NCBI RefSeq assembly: GCF_009914755.1
Contig: NC_060925.1
Source of the DNA: the human T2T-CHM13v2.0 reference genome, Homo sapiens
DNA length: 64,000 nucleotides
Reading direction: 5' to 3' (one strand)
Part shown: piece after piece, positions 28,749 to 45,401 of the stretch
Layout of the letters: each line of letters begins with the position of its first letter
Position numbering within the stretch: position 1 is the first letter of the stretch
Position numbers and translations under genes: made by a program
Notes under the pieces: model-generated
What the model was told of the DNA's origin: nothing
The model's database searches: none
The model's input: the letters and a program-made list of their open reading frames with translations, nothing else

Positions 28749-30461
28749 GCAAATCCTCTTCTTGTGCTATGGATTCCATCTACACAAGCCTTCACCAGAA
28801 TTTTTCTTTAGTCTATCAATTACTTCTATTGAATCATCACCATCCCGTTTCTTTTATGCTATCTCATCTTTGCTCCTTTTTGTAACAAAACTTTTTTTTT
28901 TTTTTTTTTTGCGACAGAGTCTCACTCTGTCTCAAAAAATCCTGGCTGGAGTGCAGTGGCATCAGCTTGCCTCACTGCAACCTCCGCCTCCTGGGTTCAA
29001 GTGATTCTCCTGCCTCAGCCTCCTGAATAGATGGGACCACAGGCACGTGCCACCATGCCTGGCTAATTTTTGTATTTTTAGTAGAAATAGGGTTTCATCG
29101 TATGGCCAGGCTGGTCTCAAACTCCTGACCTCATGATCCGCCTGCCTCAGCATCCCAAAGTGCTGGGATTACAGGCATAAGCCACCACGCCTGGCTTTTT
29201 TTTTTTTTTTTTTTTTTGAGACGGAGCCTTGCTCTATACCCCAGGCTGGAGTGCAGTGGCCGATCTTGGCTCACTGCAACTTCTGCCTTTTGGGTTCAAG
29301 CGATTCTCCTACTTCAGCCTCCTGAGTAGCTGGGATTACAGGCATGTGCCACCATACCCAGCTAATTTTTTTTTTGTATTTTTAACAGAGACAGGGTTTT
29401 GCTATGTTGGCCTGGCTGGTCTCAAACTCCTGGCCTCAAGTGATCCACCCGCCTAAGCCTCCTGAAGTGCTAGGGTTATGGGGGTGAGCCACCGCACCCG
29501 GCCATGTTTGTAACAACACTTTTAAAACAAGTTGTCTACACTCACAGTCTCCATTTCCTCACTTCTCTTTCCTCTTCAATCCACCCCAGTCTGTCCACAC
29601 TACTCCTCCTAAACTGTTGGGGAGGATACCAATGATTTCCATGTTGCCAAATCCAGTAAACACTTATCTATAGTCATCTTTTTTTTACCTGTTAGCAACA
29701 TTCAACATATATAGTAATCTGTCTTTTTTGAAGCACTTTTTCTTCACTGGCATTCTGTGACACCACACTCAGGATTTTTCTCTTCCTGCCTCACTGATCA
29801 TCCCATTTCCTCCTTGTAGGACCTCCAAACATTGAAATATTTTAGGACTCAGTTCTCGCCGGGCGCAGTGGCTCACGCCTGTAATCCCACTACTTTGGGA
29901 GGCCGAGGCAGGCGGATCACGAGGTCAGGAGATCGAGACCTTCCTGGCCAACACGGTGAAACCTCGTCTCTACTAAAAATACAAAAACTTAGCCAGACGT
30001 GATGGCGGGCGCTTGTAGTCCCAGGTACTTGGGAGGCTGAGGCAGAAGAATGACGTGAACCTGGGAGGCGGAGCTTGCAGAGCCGAGATCGCGCCACTGC
30101 ACTCCAGCCTGGGCGACAGAGCGAGATTCCGTCTCAAAAAAAAAAAAAAAAAAGGACCCAGTTCTGAGATATCCAGCTGTTTATTAGACATAGCCGCCTG
30201 GAGACTACTTAGTTGATGTATCAGATTTTTTTTTTTTTTTTTTTTGAGACGGAGTCTCACCCTGTCGCCCAGGCTGGAATGCAGTGGCGTGATCTCCGCT
30301 CACTGAAACCTCCACCTCATGGGTTCAAGTGATTCTCCTGCCTCAGCCTCCCGAGTAGCTGGGACTACAGGCACGTGCCACCACGCTAATTTTTTTTTTT
30401 TTTTAATAGAGACGGGTTTTTGCCGTGTCGGCTAGGCTGGTCTCAAACTCCTGACCTCGAA

Positions 30462-30812
30462 CAGCCTCCCAAAGTGCTGGAATTACAGGCATGAGCCACA
30501 GCATGCAGCCTGTTTCTTCACTTGTCTATTGTCTGTCTCCTCTGTTGGACTGAAACTCTGAGTTCTTTAAGGCTGTATCACTGGCACCTAAAACAGACAC
30601 TAGCACAGAGATAATAAACATTTGTTGAGTGAATGAATAAATAAAAGCATAATGGTGAAGAACAGGCTGTTTCCATCTGAGCAGGGTATTGTTCCAAGAT
30701 CTTTCACTTTTCTGACACACTTGCTTTTTGGGGACATTGTAAGGATTGTGTGAAATGTTTAGTACTTTCTAAGTGCTCAGTAAAGCCAGGTGCACTGGTT
30801 TGAGCCTGTAAT
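30462..30812 (+). repeat. Copy of local ~350-bp direct duplication (derived copy)
   Basis: Near-identical to 32333-32680; the ORF track shows the paired peptides MCQKSERSW(N/D)[10 protein letters not shown]. Confidence 0.95.
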
Positions 30813-31453
30813 TGAGCTCCTGGTCTCGAACTCCTGACCTCAAGTGATCCTCCCACCTCACCCTCCCAAAGTGTTGGGAATACAGGCATGAGCCACTACG
30901 TCTGACCGATATATCAGATTTAATATGTCCAACTTGGAGCTATTGATTTTATCAACTGAACCTATTCCTTCCCTCAAACTCTCCCAGCATAGTAAATAGT
31001 ACCACCTGGTTGTTCAAAACAAAAACCTAGAATTGGTCCTCTTTATAAAAATCCAAAGATTGGTTCTACCTCCAAAGTATATCTTGAATCCTCCCCCTCT
31101 ACCACTACATCCTAATCTTCTCCATCTCTATGTCTCACGTAAAGTCCTGCAACCACTAATATTTCGGTCTTCTGATCCATTCTTCACATGGCAGCTAGAG
31201 TGTTATTTGTTTATTTATCTATTTATTTTTTCTTTTTGAGATGGAGTCTCACTCTGTCACCTAGGCTGGAGTGCAATAGAGCGATCTCAGCTCACTCAAA
31301 AAAAAAAAATCAAATAATGTAATTTGTTTCCCCTATTTAAAGGCCCTCAATGGCTTCCCATTGTTGTTAGAATAAAATCCAAATACCTTAGCAAGGTCTA
31401 CACGTCCTGACTTGGTCTGACCCCTGCCTGCCTTCCCAGTCTTACCTCCCTAA

Positions 31454-31802
<349 letters not shown>

Positions 31803-32332
31803 CTAGCTATTCTTAAGATTTATCAAGTTACTTTACCTGTATGTTTTGCCTCAGGGCATTTGCACTTGCTCTTTACTCAGCCTGCAGTGTTCTCCCCACT
31901 CGCCCCGCCCCGGCTCTTTGCACAGATATCTTTTCTTAATCTTTTTTTTTCCTTCGCTGCTTTATGGAATGATCTCTTCATCCTTCTATCTGAGCTTGAA
32001 AATCACCTCAGAGAAGTCTTCTGTGCTCATCATCACATCCAAAGTAGGCTCCTCCTCTCTGTTATAACATCCTGTATGTAATATACATTATAGCTGTCTT
32101 CACAACTTGTGTTTTCTTGTTTATTTCTTTTTTCTCTTTCTTTTTTCTTTTTTTTCTTTTTTTTTTTTTTTTTTTTTTGAGACAGATTCTCACTGTGTCA
32201 CCCAGGCTGGAGTGCAGTGGCACGATCTTGGCTCACACACCCAGCTAATTTTTGTATTTTTAGTGGAAATGGGATTTCACCATGTTGGCCAGGCTGATCT
32301 CAAACTCCTGACCTTAAGTGACCTGCCAGCCT

Positions 32333-32680
32333 CAGCCTCCCAAAGTGCTGGAATTACAGGCATGAGCCACCGCATGCAGCCTATTTCTTCATTTGTCCAT
32401 TGTCTGTCTCCTCTGTTGGACTGAAACTCTGACTTCTTTAAGGCTGTATCACTGGCACCTAAAACAGACACTAGCACAGAAATAAACATTTGTTGAGTGA
32501 ATGAATAAATAAAAGCATAATGGTGAAGAACAGGCTGTTTCCATCTGAGCAGGGTATTGTCCCAAGATCTTTCACTTTTCTGACACACTTGCTTTTTGGG
32601 GACATTGTGAGGATCGTGTGAAGTGTTTAGTACTTTCTAAGTGCTCAGTAAAGCCAGGTGCACTGGTTTGAGCCTGTAAT
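32333..32680 (+). repeat. Copy of local ~350-bp direct duplication (source copy)
   Basis: Continuous with its flanking Alus on both sides, unlike the 30.5 kb copy. Confidence 0.93.
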
Positions 32681-33040
32681 CCCAGCTATTCAAAAGGCTG
32701 AGACAGGAGGACCACTTCAGGCCAGGAGTTTGAGACCAGCCTGGGCAACATAGCAAGACCCCATATCTAAAAAAGTAATAAGAAGAAGTTATCTGGGCGT
32801 GGTGGCAGGTGCCTGTAGTCCTAGCTACTTGGGAGACTGAAGTGGAGGGATCTCTTGAAGCCAGGACCCAGGAGTTGGAGGTTGCAGTGAGTTGTGATGG
32901 TGCCACTAAACTCTATCCTGGGTGACAGAGCAAGATTCTGTCTCTAAATAAAAGTTAAAAGTTTGGTATGTGTACCAAAAGAGTAATTATTTAATACTGT
33001 GAGTAATATCTACTTCAAATAATAGCCAGTATCAAAATAG

Positions 33041-33427
<387 letters not shown>

Positions 33428-34932
33428 TAATATTGAATTCTTATTACAACTCTGAGATTTATAGTATTATTTGCTCATCTTTCAGATTAAAAAACCACCA
33501 TTACTGTAATCCAAGGTAACATTATTCTTTCTCTCTCTTTTTTATTTCTTGAGAGGTGGAGTCTCATTATGTTGCCCAGGCTGGTCTCAAACTTCTGTGC
33601 TCAAGTGATCCTCCCACCTCAGCCTCCTGAGTCTACAGGCACAGGTCACTATGCCCAGCCAAGCTAACGTTGTTTTATTACATCCAGGATACACACTGGA
33701 AACTAACAATGTAACATGATTTCTCACCTAGACTTCTGCAAAAGCTTTCTGACTGGTCATCCCAATTGCCTTCCTCCTTCCTATTTTCCAGGCAGCAAGC
33801 AAATTATCATTTTTAAAGGCAAATCTGATGCTTCAGTTCCCCTCTTTTAAATTCCTTATTGTCTTCCTATTGCCCTTAGGAGAAAAAACAACCTCCTTAA
33901 CTCCTATGATGTCCCTCCATTCCCTGGCCATCGCATTCCTCCCCAGCCTCATCCCTGACTCCTGAATTCTTTGCTGTAGTCACACTGACTGCCTTTAGTT
34001 CTTTTAACTTCTCACGTTCTCACCTGAAATAGTATCTTCCTGGTCACCGTCTCCCTCCTTTATGGTTAGCTCTTATCCATCTTTCAGGACTTGACTTACA
34101 CTTGCCCTTCTCTGGAGGCCTTCTGTGACCCCAAGGACCAAGTTGCTGCATTTCATTAGCATCCTGTACTTTCACTCCTATAGTATTCATCCCACTTTAT
34201 TATAGAGACTTGCAAAATTGTACACTTTAGCCTGTAAGATCATGAGGACAATGACTGAGATTCTCTTTTAAGCACCAAATCCTCAGGGCCTAGTGCTGTG
34301 ATACTCTATATTTGAACAAATGAATAAGTGAATGAGCCCATTAATCTTTCCTTTTCTGAACCATTGAAGAATGTCCTCAACATAAATGACAAATTTCAGA
34401 TATTAAACACAACTCTGTAGTTCACATCTGTGGTCAATTATCATGCCTGAATAATATGTAGAACAATCTTTACCTTGTAATACTCTGAATGTGGGTGAAC
34501 TTACAGTTCAAACACTATAATTACAATAAAATGAAAATTATAATTATCCTCTTGTTTGAGTATTTATAAGGCCTAGAAGGGTAGGGGATGGAAATAATAT
34601 GCTTGATGAAACACGCTGCCGCTCTCTAATGAATATTAATTCAATTGACTAAATTTACATCTTCAGCTGTCCCCCAGGGCTTGAGAAACCATGTTGGTCA
34701 GCAGGTGTTAATTTAGCTTCGTAGTTCTCTTTTCCAACTTTGAAGAGGCTATTCAGTTTTCAGATCTATCAGCGCTTGTCTCTGAGGCTTCATGCACACA
34801 ATAGAGAGCTCAAATTATTTTGCTGGGGGCAGAAAAGGAGAGCTAAAAGAAGGACATCTAAGCTCCTCAAATGCACACTGCCTCCCCCAAGGAAGTGGCT
34901 CTTAGATGAGCCCAACTGGCAAACTCTAACCG

Positions 34933-34962
34933 TGCAGTAAAACCCTCACCACTAGGTGTCTC
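34933..34962 (+). promoter_or_regulatory. Candidate CTCF site with upstream (ZF9-11) motif
   Basis: Core CCACTAGGTGTC 34949-34960 preceded by TGCAGTA at 34933, a spacing typical of the U motif; lies in unique sequence. Confidence 0.6.
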
Positions 34963-35583
34963 AGTGGCTGTGCCACTTCCTCCATCTCCTTGGAAAGCAA
35001 ATAGCGGCATACACTCCATTACTCTATTGTTATTGAGCCTCCAAGCAAAGAACCTTTTGGAAGGGTTGATTTCAATACCTGGGTAAATTTTCCAGTAGAT
35101 CTAATCAGTATCTAGATTGCCTCTCTTAATGAGAGAAACATTGGATTAACTGCAGTGTCTTCCTCTGTTACTGCCTTCCTTTATTTAGGGAAAACGTGCT
35201 CTGTTTGTAGTACCTTTATTTATTTAATTATTTCTCCATCTAATTTATTTCTTTATTGTGTTGGGGGATGGGGAGAGGTCTTCCTTAGTCATGATGAGCG
35301 ACCCCATATTCATCACCTGTCACCCCCACACTGAACTAAATATCTTTCCAGGTTTTTTCCACACAGTTACTTTAGTCTTGAAGGCATTTATTTTCAGCTG
35401 CCCCTAAGTTTACCACTTGAACTGATTTTAAAGGTAAAAAAAAAAAAAATGGAGTTTAAAGACTCATCAAATGGAGGAAGATAGCTCAGAGGTAGGTATA
35501 AATTTTTACCATAAGTGTACTTCAGAAATTAATGAGAAAGGAAAGAAATATTCAACAAATGGTATTAGAGTATTTAATTTGCT

Positions 35584-35712
35584 ATATATGTATATATATG
35601 TATATATATGTATATATGTATATATATGTATATATGTATATATATGTATATATGTATATATGTATATATGTATATATATGTGTATATATATGTATATATG
35701 TATATATATATA
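35584..35712. repeat. (TA)n/(TATATG)n simple repeat
   Basis: Direct reading. Confidence 0.95.
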
Positions 35713-37337
35713 ATCAAACTGATTCTAGATGGATAAAAGAAATATGTGTATTTTTTAAACAAACCCAGAAAGAATGAGAAGAAAATAGAAGTGAATATCA
35801 GATCTTTGTCAGGAAGGGCAATTTTTAAGATTTACTCTGATAGAATAAATCACAAAACAAAATATTAGTAAATTTCCCTGCATGAAGATTAGAAACCACC
35901 AGGTTAAAAACCAAGACGATAATAAAAATTAAAAGTTAAATTGAAAAAATAATTGCAAGAAAAAATTATAATAAGTGGTTAATATCTTTCCTATGTAAAG
36001 GATGTGTACAATTTTATAAGAAAAATAATCAAGATCCCAATTAATAGCCAAAATAAATGAACTAACACATGGAAAATATTCATCCTCTGATGATAATTAC
36101 AGAACTAGAAATAAAAATGAGAGACTATTTTTCATCTAAGTTAACACAAATTTAAACAGCCACTACTGACATAATTCTTTTGAAAAATAATTTGGCAAAT
36201 TCATTTTCTCCCTCTCTCTCTCCTTTTCCCTCCCCCTCTCCCTCCCTCTCTGCATCCTCCCCGCTTTCATTCATTCATTTATTTAACAAATACCCTCTGT
36301 GTGCCTGCCAGGTGCTGGAATCTAGCCTAAATTCTAAATACAGAAAAATTTTATGTATAAATTTGTTCATCTCCACATGATTACTAATAGCATTAAATCA
36401 AAAACATCCTACATTGTCTACATTGTCATCCAGAGGCAAGGTCTTCTTTTGCTTAAGACAATCTTAGTTTATGTTTGATATCCCAGTATAATTAATAAAT
36501 AGTGCCCCCCCCCCCCACTAAGACAGCTTTCTGGCTGATAGCAGTCAAGTATCTTGAGGAAGGGCCAGTTTTTCTAATTTGTACAAAAGCACCATTGGGA
36601 TTAGCCACTGTCCATTAAGTTACTAAGGTTGGATGATTTCTGGTTTCCTATTTTTCTGCAATTTCTAGATTTTCTAAAATGGATTTTACGTGTGTGGGCT
36701 TTACGTGCATTAACTCATTTAATTTTCACAACCCCGTAATTATTTATTTTTCTTATTTCACCCCCTTTTTTTAAGATAAGGGATTAAGTCACCGAGAGTC
36801 ACATAGTTATGAAGTGATAGAACCAAGATTTACACCTGCATAGTCCATATCCAGACCTTTAAACAGCAAGTTATCCTGTCCATAGGGATAACTATATCCA
36901 GTTGGACTTCTTATTCATTTATGGGGGGATAAAGATTACCTATGCTCACAAATGTTATTTGGAAAGTACATACAAATAGTAGCCCCAAAATGTGTCTATC
37001 TCTTACAAACAAAATATGTTCTCTTAAGTCCACTAATTATAAATACATTGTAAATACAGTAATTGAAAATAAAATGCAAGAATTCATTAACAAATAAAAT
37101 GGAAGAATCCCAAATACCCAATTATGAATTATCTTTTTGATGTATAGTTATATCTGTTTAAATTTCTTTTTATTGGCCAGGCGTGGTGGCTCATGCCTGT
37201 AATCCCAGCATTTTGGGAGGTGGATCACTTGAGGTCAGGAGTCCAAGACCAGCCTGGCCAACATGGTGAAACCTCGTCTCTACTAAAAATTTAAAAAAAC
37301 AGCCAGGTGTGGTGGCGCACGCCTGTAATCACAGCTA

Positions 37338-37439
<102 letters not shown>

Positions 37440-37513
37440 CTATCTCAAAAAAATAAATTAATAAAAACTTATTTATATTTATTTTTTTATTTATTTATTT
37501 CACTCTGGGCTCA

Positions 37514-38059
<546 letters not shown>

Positions 38060-38292
38060 TAAATGGATTGATGGAAAAATAATATTTTTTGTAGGTCATG
38101 TGTGGTGGCTCATGCCTGTAATCCTAGCACTTTGGGAGGCTGAAGCAGGTGGATCGCTTGAAGCCAGTTCAAGACCAACCTGGGCAACATGGCGAAACCC
38201 CTATCTCTACAAAAAATACAAAATTTAACCGAGAGTCATGGCATGTGCCTGTAGTCCCAGCTACTGGGGAGGCTGAGGTGGGAGGCTTGCTT

Positions 38293-39025
38293 TAAGACAG
38301 GAGAGCCCCCTGGACCACTTCACAGGACTTGCAACAGGAGTGTGGCTCACTTACTCGGCTGCCATCCTGAAACCCTTTGTGGGAGGGGGAGCATGCAGGC
38401 AAGTGGGTGCTGGGGCTCTGACGAGAGCTTTTGGGCTCCATCTCCATGGTAGCATCTAAGGGTATGCTACAATTAATGTTCTTTTAGCAGTTTCTGTCTG
38501 CAGACAGCTAAGTGTTAACCAGCTCAGTGGAGAGTCAGGGTGACAGCCTTTTACACCTTTCCTTCTTGGTACCCAGGTCCTTTTCTGGTGCCCAAGAAGA
38601 ATCTGGCCACATGGACTTGAAGGATGGTGAATGTGGAGGTTTCATTGAGTGATAGAGGTGGCTGTCAGTGGGACAGGGAGCTAGAAAGGGTGTGGAGTGG
38701 GAAAATAATCTTCCCCTGGATTTCAGCCATCCCCAGCTGACCTCCTTTCTGATAGTCCAGCTGTCTCTTCAACATTCAGACGCTTCTTCTCTTCTCTCCT
38801 TCTCTGCCATGCTACTCTGCTCCTCTGCCAGTGGAGTTTGGGGTTTTTATGCATACAGGATGGTGGGCATGGCAAGCCAGGGTGGTTTTGGAAAAAGCAA
38901 CGTGTGGGTGGGAAAAGAGAGATGTAAAGCTCTTATTTAGGGCTGCAGCCCCAGGCTTGTGGGTGGGGCTTTTGCGGGGAACCACCCTCTTCTACCCAGT
39001 ATTTCCCTGCCTCTGGTCCATATCA
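38293..39025 (-). mobile_element. ERV1-class solo LTR (LTR27/LTR28/MER52 group) inserted into an AluJ
   Basis: Minus strand starts TGATATGGACCAGAGGCAGGGAAATACTGGGTAGAAGAGGG and ends CTCTCCTGTCTTA; Alu sequence stops at ~38292 and resumes at ~39026. Confidence 0.8.
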
Positions 39026-39114
39026 ACATGACCCCAAGAGGTTGAGGCTGCAGTGAGCCAAGATCACACCACTGCACTCCAGCCTGGGTAACACAGTGAG
39101 ACCCTGTCTCAAAA

Positions 39115-39180
39115 TACACACACACACACACACACACATACACACACACATATATATACATACACACAAATATATATATA
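39115..39180. repeat. (CA)n/(TA)n microsatellite in Alu tail
   Basis: Direct reading. Confidence 0.93.
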
Positions 39181-39270
39181 GATGTTTTTGTTACATGATT
39201 TATTGAAATTAAACATGTATCACTAATTAAATGGGCAAGTGTAAAAAATTACAGTTTATGAGTGTTATTA

Positions 39271-39598
<328 letters not shown>

Positions 39599-39645
39599 TC
39601 ACGCCTGTAATACCAGCACTTTGGGAAGCCAAGGTGGGCGGATCA

Positions 39646-39879
<234 letters not shown>

Positions 39880-39886
39880 CTAATAA

Positions 39887-40183
<297 letters not shown>

Positions 40184-40264
40184 TAGGATAACAGGCGTGA
40201 ACCACCACGTCTGGCAAAGAAAAGAAAAAAGCTTTATAAATACAACTGTATAATGTTGCCTTTA

Positions 40265-41172
<908 letters not shown>

Positions 41173-44100
41173 TCCTGAGAAGACAAGGAAACAATCTGGA
41201 AGGTCAGGGCCAAGCAGGCAAAATCACCTAGTCTGGTTGGTTTTTGGCAGGCATTCTGTGCACTGCAGGGGAGTGTTTGGGGCAAGCAGGATTAGCTTTC
41301 AATATTCTTCAGACCACAAAGGGGATAAGACACTGTGGTGGAAGCCAGGTTGGACACTGGCACTGCAGTAAACACAGTAAAAGAGCCTCGTCTCACCTGC
41401 TTCCCCCCAGACAGGCCCAGACTGAGGACTTAGCTCCAGGCTTACTGCCACTCTTCAAGGCTCTCATTATTATTGAATAACCTACCTTGGGCTCCATGAG
41501 CACCTTACTAACACAGGGGGCATGCCTATAAATCCTTTTGCCATCCTTCATTGCCCTATTCAGGATCAAGGTTGTGAGGATTAAGTGAAATAATGCATAT
41601 TTAGTAAAATGCCCGCCAAGAAATGTCAGCTATTTTTTCTTCAGCACCTCCATGCTCATGTGACCAGGAATGCAGTGGGCATGGGTTGATTAAAGGCCGC
41701 CTTCCTGGGACTTCCTTGGGCAGAGCCCATAATTTCTCCTTTGGGCTCCTAAATCTCCTGTTCTTTGTTTGTCACTATACTTACCACTCTACATTCTGTT
41801 TCAATTGTCTGCTTACTTGTGTGTTTCCTCCACATGGTTGTGAGTTCTCTGAAGGCAGAGATCACGTTTATCTTTTTTTTTTTTTTTTTTTTGAGATGGA
41901 GTCTCGCTCTGTTGCCCAGGCTGGAGTGCAGTGGCACCATCTCGGCTCACTGCAACCTCTGCCTCTCGGGTTCAAGCGATTTCCTGCTTCAGCCTCCCGA
42001 GTAGCTGGGATTACAGATGCCTGCTACTGCACCTGGCTAATTTTTGTATTTTTAGTAGAGATGAGGTTTCACCATGTTGGTCAGGCTGGTCTCGAACTAC
42101 TGACCTCAAGAGATCCACCCATCTCAGCCTCCCAAAGTGCTGGGATTACAGGTGTGAGCCACCATGCTCAGCCCGGGATCACGTTTTTCATCTGTGAATT
42201 CATATCTTAGGTGCTTGATGAATGTTTCATGACTGTTAAATAAAGTGAAGTATGTTGAAAAAAGTGTGCATTTTAGAGTCTTTTTTATTTTCTTTTCTGG
42301 TGACTTTTTTTTTTTTTTTTTTGAGACAGAGTCTCACTCTGTGGCCCAGGCTGGAGTGCAATGGTGCAATCTTGGCTCGCTGCAATCTCAGCCTCCTGAG
42401 TAGCTGGGACTACAGGTGCATGCCACCATGTCCAGCTAAGTTTTGTATTTTTTGTAGAGACAGGGTTTCACCATGTTGCCTAGGCTGATCTCAAACTCCT
42501 GAGCTCAAGCGATCCACCAGCCTCAGCCTCCCAAAGTGCTGGGATGACAGGTGTGACCCACCACACCTGGCTGCATTTTAGAATCTTTATAGGCCTGGAT
42601 TTGAATCCCAGCCTCATCATTATAGCTGTGTAACCATAGTAAGTTGCTTCTCTCAGAGTTTCGTCACCTAAAAACGGGGGCAATCATGACTCCCTTGTGG
42701 CATTGTTGTGAGGATTAACAAGGATAGAATAAGAAAACATGTATCCCCAGGACCTGGCCAATTTTAGGTGCTCAGTAAATGTGTTCCTTTCTAATAAGCA
42801 AAAGAGATGGAAACACAAATCTGGAGGCTGAGTTTCCTTCACTTGTAAAATTCTCATGGAGTCAGAATACATGAGGTCAATGTAAAGTACTCTGATGTCT
42901 TTGGCTAAGCAATGGTGCATTAGTTGAAGGGAAAGTCGTGTGTTTTGTTCCTGTGCTTAATGAAGCCCTCTCTGATAGTCTGACCTTACGGATGTAAATA
43001 CATTCTCCTTGGAGTTCATTCAAGGAATGCCACTCACAGGAGGGAGGGCCCAGGGAGGGAGTCATCAGGGAGGCCTGGGGCCAATCCCCCACCCCAGGCA
43101 GCTGCATTTTTTCCCAGTCCTCTATGTGGACACCAATAGACCCTGCTAAGTGCATCCTCCTCCTCCCCCCGGAGCTTCTTATGAGCCACCCCAACAAGAC
43201 CAAGCCTGGAAACAGGACTCAGGATTCACCAGGCCTGGCGGATGGCTGACAGCAAGGGCTGAGTCTGACAGAGGAGACTGTCTTTTAAACAGACACACAT
43301 CTGAGGCAGAGAGTGAAAGATGATGAGAAGGAGAAAGAAACCAGAAGGGTAAGTGGAGAGATTTTCCTACGAACGCCGATGTAAGCCAGATTCTGAGGTT
43401 GCCAGTACCTCCTCTGCAGTCCGGCATCGCCCACCTTGCAGCCCTCCCCCACTGCCTTTGTACTGCGTGCTGAATTTAGACCACAAGCCACGTGCCTGCT
43501 GCCTCTTCAGAGCCCACCTGGGAGTGAGGATCTGATGCTTCTGCAGCAGCCCGGTAATCCACTGCACAAAGTTAAACAGCCTGCGCCCTCTCTTCTCTGC
43601 AGCTGGCCTCCATTATCTGGAGTTAATGGCCAAAACTATGAACAGCATATTCATAACGCTGGATTAAATCCCGCAGCAACCCCTTTGGGCCATCATTTCA
43701 GCACCCGTCCACCACCGGCCACTGCCTTCTTTCCAAATGCCTTCCCACTGTTGCCTACTCTGGGGAGAATGGCCTCTTTTACTCCCTCTGTCTCCCCCGA
43801 GTTAACAAGTTTTTTTCAGAAAATTACCTCAGCCTCACAAGTCTGAAATCCTTGATTCTGAAAAAAGCTCAAAACCCTTATTTCTAAAACTTTAGCACCT
43901 CCCACCTCTTTTCTTGGGATCTCTTATCCAACTCTGTAAGAAAATTCCCCTATGCTATTTTCTCATGCTCTCAACATTCTCAAGGAATTGCCTACCTCCA
44001 GATGTCTGAAACCAGTTTCTTGGTCATGAAAGAAAAAATAAATAAATAACAAAAAACATGTCAGGCAATAAAAACAAATTTACTCTTGAGAGGCAATATA

Positions 44101-44532
44101 GCGTAGCTATTAAGAAGGACAGAGACTCTAAGGCCAGGCAGGATGGCACATGTCTGTAATCCCAGTGCTTTGGGAGGCTGAGGCTGGGGGATTGCTTGAG
44201 CCCAAGAGTTCAAGATCAGCCTGGGAAACATAGCAAGATCCTGTCTCTACAAAAATTTTAAAGATTAGCCGAGCATGGTGGTGTACACCTGTAGTCCTAG
44301 CTACTCTTGAGAGGCTGAGTTGGGAGGATCACTTGAGCCCAGGAGGTCAAGGCTGCAGTGAGCTATGATCACATCATCACTGCATTCCAGCATGGCAACA
44401 GAGTGAAATGCTGTCTCAAAAAAAAAAAAAAAAAAGTGGTGCGTAGACTCTAGATTGTCTAGGTTTTGAATCCTGGGTCTGCCGGTTACTAACTAGTTGT
44501 AAATGTTTTGTTAAGTCTCCCTTTTTGTTGTT

Positions 44533-44559
44533 TCTCTCTCTCTCTCTCTCTCTGTGGGT

Positions 44560-44603
<44 letters not shown>
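44533..44603. repeat. Compound (TC)n(TG)n microsatellite
   Basis: Direct reading. Confidence 0.95.
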
Positions 44604-44605
<2 letters not shown>

Positions 44606-45101
44606 CTTTTGTTTTTTTTAGAGACAAGTTCTTTCACTCTGTCACCCAGGCTGGAGTGCAGTGGTGCAATTATAGCTCACTGTAGTCTCAAACTCCTGGG
44701 TTCAAGGGATCATCCTTACTCAGCTTTCCAAGCAGTTAGGACTACAGGTATGCATCACCACACCCGGCTAATTTCAAAATGTTTTGTAGAGATGAGGCCT
44801 TGTTATGGCTGGTTTCAAACTCCTGGCCTCAAGCAATCCTCCCACCTCAAGCAATCCTCTCCGCTCAGCCTCCCAAAGTGCTGGGATTGCAGGCCTGAGC
44901 CACCATATCCAGCCTGGCTTTGTTAAATCTCTTAACCTCTCAGGGCTTCAGTTTCTTCAATATGAAATGCAAGAATACCGATAATATTTACCTTTATCAT
45001 CAGGAAGATTAAATGATTGTTTAAAGCACATAGAACAGCAGATAGCACATAAAACATACTGGAAAAATGCATGCTATTGTTTTACTGGAATGTAGACTTG
45101 A

Positions 45102-45401
<300 letters not shown>

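Noticed and set aside
35584-35712. Repeat arrays as CRISPR-like or coding repeats (YICIY ORFs)
   Set aside because: Plain TA/TG microsatellites with no repeat-spacer structure; eukaryotic context
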